From Chloroflexota bacterium (GTDB taxonomy: Bacteria > Chloroflexota > Anaerolineae > Anaerolineales > VGOW01), in the NCBI GenBank assembly GCA_016213135.1, contig JACRBQ010000079.1:139-64138 (forward strand): 64,000 nt of DNA. The letters run 5' to 3'. How positions within the stretch are numbered: the stretch's first letter is position 1; each line of letters starts with the position of its first letter. Below the pieces are notes generated by a model. That model searched no databases. It had not been told where the DNA came from and worked only from the letters and a program-made list of their open reading frames with translations. A program made the translations under genes and the position numbers. Below, piece after piece: positions 58,684 to 64,000 of the stretch.

Positions 58684-59379
58684 TTATGTCGCGGGATCAA
58701 TCACCTCTCTCATCTGCCACGTGACCCACAGTGCATTGGGGTAGGCAAACCCCAGAAAGGCAGCAGCGCCGTAACCCAAAAAGGTGAGCGTAGGCAGGCC
58801 AAACGCCAGCGCGGTGAACACGATGCCGAGCGCCAGGTTGACCAGCGTGTACAGCCACAGGCGCGGCAGGTAGTCGGCGCGGGTGTGGGCGCGACGGGCG
58901 AGCCAGCCCAGGCTGGCGAGGTAAGCGGCGCAGGCATAGAAATTCCCGGCCCCCAGCAGTTTACCGGCCACCTCCGGTACATGGACTCCGGCCCACAGGT
59001 TCACTTCCCAAATGGGCCACAGCATGCCCACGCCGTCGAACCACGTCAACACATCCACTGCCGTATGCAGCAGGGCAACGCCCAGCGCCAGCCCCGCGCC
59101 AAAGGTGCGCAGCCCCTCGCCGCCCCGCACCCACGAGGCGGCATGGCAGGCAGCCCACAGCGCCAGCGCAAAAAACAGCGAATGGGTGAACGTGCGATGG
59201 AAGAGGCGGTCGGCAGTGGCGGGGTCCATGCCACAGGCCACAACGGCAAAGGCCTGCGCGTACAGGTCGGCATCGGGGATGAGACTGCCGAAGGCCAGCC
59301 CCAGGGCAAACCAGCGGCGGGTGGAAAATGTTTTGCGCGTGGCAACGGCCAGCAGAGCGTGCAATCCGGGTTGAGCCAT
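58684..59379 (-). CDS. Membrane-bound metal-dependent hydrolase (YdjM-like)
   Basis: GLH, IPDAD, HRTFTHS, LHTAVD. Confidence 0.85.
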   Translation of the reverse strand: MAQPGLHALLAVATRKTFSTRRWFALGLAFGSLIPDADLYAQAFAVVACGMDPATADRLFHRTFTHSLFFALALWAACHAASWVRGGEGLRTFGAGLALGVALLHTAVDVLTWFDGVGMLWPIWEVNLWAGVHVPEVAGKLLGAGNFYACAAYLASLGWLARRAHTRADYLPRLWLYTLVNLALGIVFTALAFGLPTLTFLGYGAAAFLGFAYPNALWVTWQMREVIDPAT

Positions 59380-59417
59380 GGCGGGAGTCTCCTCGTTGCT
59401 CCGAAGGCGAATCGTCG

Positions 59418-59975
59418 ATGAGCCAGGCTGAATCCCGCTCGCGGCGCATCGCGCCGGTGTGGCGCATCGTCGTCACGGGAGCGGTGGTGCTCTCGGAATA
59501 CTTCTCGTTGCCCTACAGCCGGAGCGCGGTGAACTATCTGCAAAGCCGACACTGGCTGGTGTCTGCCGTGCTGCTGACCGACCTGATCGTGGCCGCCGGG
59601 CTTGCCTGGCTCACTGTATTCTATTTGAAAATCCGCAGCGGCGCAGCTTATGCACTGTTGGGCGCCGTGGCGCTGGTGTTCGGCCTGTTGGCGCGCGGCC
59701 TCAAAGCGCCGGAGGAAGTGACGCATTTCATCCAATGGGGCGTGGTAGCCATGTTGGTGTCGTTTTCAGTGGAGCCTTTCATGAGTGCGCTGCGGCCGCT
59801 GGTTGCCTGGGCAACCGTTGTGTCGTTTGCGTTGGGCGCGCTGGACGAGATCGTCCAACTTTTTTTGCCCAACCGTTATTTTCAGTGGCGGGATGTGGGC
59901 ATGAATGTGATCGGGGCGGCGCTGGGGCTGGCGGTGTACTTTACCTTGCGGGCTTATCGTAACAGGGCGAACTAA
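59418..59975 (+). CDS. VanZ-like membrane protein
   Basis: EEVTHFIQW, ALDEIVQLFLPNR, DVGMNVIG. Confidence 0.8.
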   Translation: MSQAESRSRRIAPVWRIVVTGAVVLSEYFSLPYSRSAVNYLQSRHWLVSAVLLTDLIVAAGLAWLTVFYLKIRSGAAYALLGAVALVFGLLARGLKAPEEVTHFIQWGVVAMLVSFSVEPFMSALRPLVAWATVVSFALGALDEIVQLFLPNRYFQWRDVGMNVIGAALGLAVYFTLRAYRNRAN

Positions 59976-60012
59976 CGAAAACGCGGCCGGGATCTCTGAT
60001 CCCAGCCGCGTT
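59976..60012 (-). terminator. Intrinsic terminator downstream of dnaK (possibly bidirectional)
   Basis: aacgcggccgggatc-tct-gatcccagccgcgtt, U-tract on the minus strand. Confidence 0.75.
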
Positions 60013-60034
60013 GTGAGTCGCGTGTCGCTGCGTC

Positions 60035-61939
60035 TTACGCTTCGGTAAACTCCCCTTCCACCACGTCGCCGTCGCCGTTGCCCGCGCCGCGCTCGGTCGC
60101 GCCGCCGTTGCCGCCCGACTGTGTTCCACTCGCTCCGCTCGCGTACATCTGCTGGTTGAGCGCATAAGTGGCTTGCTGCAACTGCTCGCTCAGGTTGCGG
60201 ATGTGTTGCAGGTCCTCGCCCTTGAGGGCCTCGCGCAGATCGGCGATTTGCTTTTCGATGCGCTGGCGGTCGTGGCCGGGCACTTTGTCGCCCAGGTCGC
60301 GCAGCGCCTTCTCGGCGGTGTAGGCCAGCGTGTCGCCATTGTTGCGGGCCTCCACCAGCTCCCGGCGCCTGCGGTCTTCGGCCTCGTTCTTCTTGGCTTC
60401 GTTCACCATCCGCTCGATGTCGCTCTTGTTCAGGTTGGTGCTGGCGGTGATGGTGATCTTCTGCTCGCGGCCGGTGGCCTTGTCGCGGGCGCTCACGTTC
60501 AGGATGCCGTTGGCGTCAATGTCGTAAGTCACCTCCACCTGCGGCAAGCCGCGCGGCGCGGGCGGCAGGCCTTCCAGCCGGAACTTGCCCAGGGTCATGT
60601 TGTCGGCAGCCATGGGGCGCTCACCCTGCATAATGTGAATGTCCACCGCCGTCTGGCCGTCTTCGGCGGTCGAGAACGTCTGGCTCTTCTTAACCGGGAT
60701 GGTGGTATTGCGCTCGATGAGCGCGGTGGCCACGCCACCCAGCGTTTCGATGCTGAGGGTAAGCGGGGTCACGTCCAACAACAGCACGTCGCGCACTTCG
60801 CCGCCCAGCACCCCGGCCTGAATGGCCGCCCCCACGGCCACCACCTCGTCCGGGTTCACGCCCTTGTGCGGCTCTTTGCCGCTCGAAAGCTGGCGCACCA
60901 GTTCCTGCGTCATGGGCATGCGCGTCGAGCCGCCCACCAGCACCACGTTATTGATCTGGCCGGCGGTGAGGCCGGCGTCTTTGAGCGCCTGTTCAAACGG
61001 CCTGCGGCAGCGGTTCAGCAAATCCACCGTGAGCTGCTCGAACTTGGCGCGGCTGAGGCGCAAGATGAGATGCTTGGGGCCGTTGGCATCGGCGGTAATG
61101 AACGGCAGGTTGACCTCCGTCTCCATCACCGACGACAGCTCGATCTTGGCCTTCTCTGCCGCCTCGCGCAGGCGTTGCAGGGCCTGCCGATCCTTGCGCA
61201 GGTCAATGCCTTCCAGCCTTTGGAACTCGTCGGCCAGCCACGTCACCACGCACTGATCCCAGTCGTCGCCGCCGAGGTGCGTATCGCCGTTGGTGGATTT
61301 CACCTCCACCACGCCGTCGCCCACTTCCAGCACGCTCACGTCGAACGTGCCGCCGCCCAGATCGAACACGAGAATCGTCTCGTTCTTCTTTTTGTCCAAC
61401 CCGTAGGCCAGCGCCGCCGCCGTCGGCTCGTTGATGATGCGCAGGACTTCCAACCCGGCGATACGGCCCGCATCTTTGGTGGCCTGCCGTTGTGAGTCGT
61501 TGAAGTACGCCGGCACGGTAATGACCGCCTGCGTCACCGGCTCGCCCAGATACGCTTCGGCGTCGCTCTTCAGCTTCCCGAGGATCATTGCCGCGATCTC
61601 CTGCGGCGTGTAAGTCTTGCCGGTCTGCGGCAGGCGCACGCGCGCATCGCCGCCGGGGCCGTTCACCACTTCGTAGCTCACCATCTTGCGCTCGGCGGCC
61701 ACTTCGTCGAAGCGCCGCCCCACAAAGCGTTTAATGGAATAGACGGTGTTTTCCGAATTGACGACCGCCTGCCGCTTGGCCGTGAAGCCCGTCACGCGCT
61801 CGCCGTTCTTGTTGAAGGCGATCACCGAAGGCAGGAGGCGCTGCCCTTCGCTGGTGCTGATCACGGCGGGGTCGCCGCCTTCCATCACGGCAACAACCGA
61901 GTTGGTTGTGCCGAGGTCAATGCCGATTATTTTGCTCAT
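60035..61939 (-). CDS. dnaK: Molecular chaperone DnaK
   Basis: [40 protein letters not shown]. Confidence 0.97.
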   Translation of the reverse strand: MSKIIGIDLGTTNSVVAVMEGGDPAVISTSEGQRLLPSVIAFNKNGERVTGFTAKRQAVVNSENTVYSIKRFVGRRFDEVAAERKMVSYEVVNGPGGDARVRLPQTGKTYTPQEIAAMILGKLKSDAEAYLGEPVTQAVITVPAYFNDSQRQATKDAGRIAGLEVLRIINEPTAAALAYGLDKKKNETILVFDLGGGTFDVSVLEVGDGVVEVKSTNGDTHLGGDDWDQCVVTWLADEFQRLEGIDLRKDRQALQRLREAAEKAKIELSSVMETEVNLPFITADANGPKHLILRLSRAKFEQLTVDLLNRCRRPFEQALKDAGLTAGQINNVVLVGGSTRMPMTQELVRQLSSGKEPHKGVNPDEVVAVGAAIQAGVLGGEVRDVLLLDVTPLTLSIETLGGVATALIERNTTIPVKKSQTFSTAEDGQTAVDIHIMQGERPMAADNMTLGKFRLEGLPPAPRGLPQVEVTYDIDANGILNVSARDKATGREQKITITASTNLNKSDIERMVNEAKKNEAEDRRRRELVEARNNGDTLAYTAEKALRDLGDKVPGHDRQRIEKQIADLREALKGEDLQHIRNLSEQLQQATYALNQQMYASGASGTQSGGNGGATERGAGNGDGDVVEGEFTEA

Positions 61940-62263
61940 GGTTTCCTCCGCAATGAGTCATCAAACAGGCGGGTCGTGGCCATAATCGCCATCAGTCTGC
62001 TGTTTGAATTATTCTCATGCTATTGCCATAAGGGTACGCGGAGTCGGTTTGATCGGTGTTAGTGGATTGTTGGAAAAATATAAGCGGCCGCGTGTGGCAG
62101 CGCGTTGCACGCGCGATTTGCGCCAGTTCCACGCCCCGTCGCGGTTGCAAACCGCTCCCACTTTGGCGCGCAGGCGACTTTGGGAAGGCCCTCCCACCGT
62201 GGCCGTGTGAGATCGCTGCCGCGCCGCCCTCCGTTATGATAGAATGTCACGACGGAGTCATTC

Positions 62264-63265
62264 ATGCTTCTCGACACACTCGACCGCCCCCTGCGCGACC
62301 TGCGAATTTCGGTCACCGACCGCTGCCACTTCCGCTGCGTCTACTGCATGCCCAAGGAGGTCTTCGGCGGCGACTTTCAGTTCCTCGACCGCAAGGAACT
62401 GCTCACCTTTGAGGAGATCACACGTCTGGCCTGCGTGTTTGTGGCGCAGGGCGTGCAAAAGATTCGCGTCACCGGCGGCGAGCCGCTGGTGCGCCGCGAC
62501 CTCGAACGCCTCATCGCCATGCTTTCGCCAATCCCCGGCGTGGACCTCACTTTGACTACCAACGGTTCACTGCTCGCCAAAAAGGCGCGGGCGCTCAAAG
62601 AGGCCGGATTGCAGCGTGTCACCGTGAGTCTGGACTCGCTGGACGATGCGGTGTTCAAAGCGATGAACGATGTGGACTTTCCGGTGGCGAAGGTATTGGA
62701 GGGGATCGAGGCCGCCGCCTCCGTGGGGCTGGCGCCCGTCAAAATCAACATGGTCGTCAAGCGCGGGATGAACGAGCACAGCATTGTGCCCATGGCCCGT
62801 CGCTTCAAAGGCACAGGCCACATTCTGCGATTCATCGAATATATGGACGTGGGGCACACCAACGGCTGGCGGCTGGACGACGTGGTTCCGGCGGCGGAGA
62901 TCATCGCCACGCTCGATGCCGCATTGCCGCTTGAGCCGCTGGACCCGAACTATCGCGGCGAGGTGGCCAACCGCTGGCGCTATCGCGACGGCTCGGGCGA
63001 GGTGGGGGTGATTGCCTCGGTGACGCAGGCGTTTTGCCGCGACTGCACGCGCGCCCGGTTATCGGCGGAAGGCTCGCTCTATACCTGCCTGTTCGGAATC
63101 AAAGGGTTCGATTTGCGGGCGATGGTGCGCGGCGGGGCCTCGGACGCGGAGATTGCCCAGGCTGTTGGCCGCGTGTGGCGCGTGCGCTCCGACCGCTACT
63201 CCGAGATCCGCTCCGAAGCCACGGTGGGCCTGCCCAAAGTGGAAATGTCGCACATCGGGGGCTGA
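62264..63265 (+). CDS. moaA: GTP 3',8-cyclase MoaA
   Basis: CHFRCVYC radical-SAM motif, [10 protein letters not shown]...C, C-terminal IGG. Confidence 0.96.
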   Translation: MLLDTLDRPLRDLRISVTDRCHFRCVYCMPKEVFGGDFQFLDRKELLTFEEITRLACVFVAQGVQKIRVTGGEPLVRRDLERLIAMLSPIPGVDLTLTTNGSLLAKKARALKEAGLQRVTVSLDSLDDAVFKAMNDVDFPVAKVLEGIEAAASVGLAPVKINMVVKRGMNEHSIVPMARRFKGTGHILRFIEYMDVGHTNGWRLDDVVPAAEIIATLDAALPLEPLDPNYRGEVANRWRYRDGSGEVGVIASVTQAFCRDCTRARLSAEGSLYTCLFGIKGFDLRAMVRGGASDAEIAQAVGRVWRVRSDRYSEIRSEATVGLPKVEMSHIGG

Positions 63266-63268
63266 TGG

Positions 63269-64000
63269 TTAGTTCCCCCGGGCCTTCATCCATTCACGAT
63301 ACCAGGCGACGGTTTGCTTGATGGCTTCGCTATGCGGCGTGGCGTGATCGCCAAACGCTTTGGCGAACTTGCCGTGATCTACCACGAACGGTTTTTCAAA
63401 CTCGTACATCATCTCCACCGTCTCGCGCGCCGCAGGGACGAACAGGCCGCCGATTGACATCATTAGCCGGCCCATGCCGCTCATCTTTGGCGCCTGGCCG
63501 ATCTCTTCAAAGAACAACGTCATCAATTCGCGCTGGGTGAGAGTGGGCGGGTTTGGCACATGCCAGATTTGCCCCAGCGCTTCCTCGCGCTCGCCCAAAA
63601 TGACCAGCGCCTTGCCGAAATCGTCAATCACGGTGTGGGTGTGAGGCAGATCGAGGTTGCCCACGAGCGAAGCGGCTTTACCTTCCAGCGCCGGCGCGAT
63701 GGCGCGTTCGCCCAGAGTTGATTCCAGCACGCCCGGCCCGTAAAAATTTGAGCCGCGTCCAACAACGGCCCGCACTTTGCCCGCCCGGTGGGCGGCCAGC
63801 ACGGCATCAGCCATCTCGCCGCGCACTTTGCCTTTGCGGGTGTGGGCAACGTGCGGTAAACCTTCGTGGATGGGGCCGCTAACTTCGCCGTAGCCGTACA
63901 AATTGTCGCCGACAATGAACTTTGCGCCCGCGCTCGCCGCGCCTTCGAGGATGCTGGCCTGCAGGGGCGGGAACTTCTCCACCCATTCGTGATATGGAGG
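63269..64000 (-). CDS. NAD-dependent epimerase/dehydratase-like protein, 5' end outside the window
   Basis: DNLYGYG, TRKGKVR, FYGPG, EMMYEFEKPF; frame open to the window edge. Confidence 0.8.
   Translation of the reverse strand, partial: PPYHEWVEKFPPLQASILEGAASAGAKFIVGDNLYGYGEVSGPIHEGLPHVAHTRKGKVRGEMADAVLAAHRAGKVRAVVGRGSNFYGPGVLESTLGERAIAPALEGKAASLVGNLDLPHTHTVIDDFGKALVILGEREEALGQIWHVPNPPTLTQRELMTLFFEEIGQAPKMSGMGRLMMSIGGLFVPAARETVEMMYEFEKPFVVDHGKFAKAFGDHATPHSEAIKQTVAWYREWMKARGN

Noticed and set aside
60173-61495. Long antisense ORFs (this one, and 277-1272, 4142-5191, 11219-12223, 35893-36909, 45363-46310)
   Set aside because: Shadow frames opposite well-supported genes in high-GC DNA, with no recognisable motifs.
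60035-61939. dnaK without grpE/dnaJ as a special system
   Set aside because: The sequence is canonical, and stand-alone or second dnaK copies are common.
61940-62263. Moco riboswitch before moaA, or CIRCE/HAIR before dnaK
   Set aside because: A TAGAAT -10 box lies about 18 nt before the moaA ATG, leaving no room. I found no TTAGCACTC-N9-GAGTGCTAA or CTTGAGT-N7-ACTCAAG by eye.

Overview
High-GC bacterial chromosome segment with about 58 protein genes. The gene repertoire (GT-C glycosyltransferases, LysM/SdrD-B surface proteins, DUF4058, many leaderless genes) suggests Chloroflexota/Anaerolineae; this is inference. I saw no rRNA, tRNA, CRISPR array, transposase or integrase. Most genes are housekeeping (rpe, ggt, surE, ilvE, trpS, dtd, split nadE, dnaK, moaA), and there are two small restriction-modification islets. 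Highlights: (1) a GntR-MeaB-B12 acyl-CoA mutase-CoA ligase-Kal operon whose mutase has Val/Asp/Gln active-site residues, suggesting an undescribed 2-aminoisobutyrate (Aib) to 3-aminobutyryl-CoA to crotonyl-CoA route; (2) a SelW/Rdx selenoprotein (CxxU plus a SECIS-like hairpin) that the ORF track truncates; (3) many small heptamer, nonamer and palindromic repeat elements that fill intergenic gaps, supply stop codons, nest in each other and sit in frame inside proteins, especially GT-C enzymes; (4) a degenerate PyrK/PyrD-like pair; (5) a restriction gene that appears to have lost its HNH core in frame; (6) a uORF duplicating the 5' end of rpe. Family calls come from motif recognition by eye; no database search was run.
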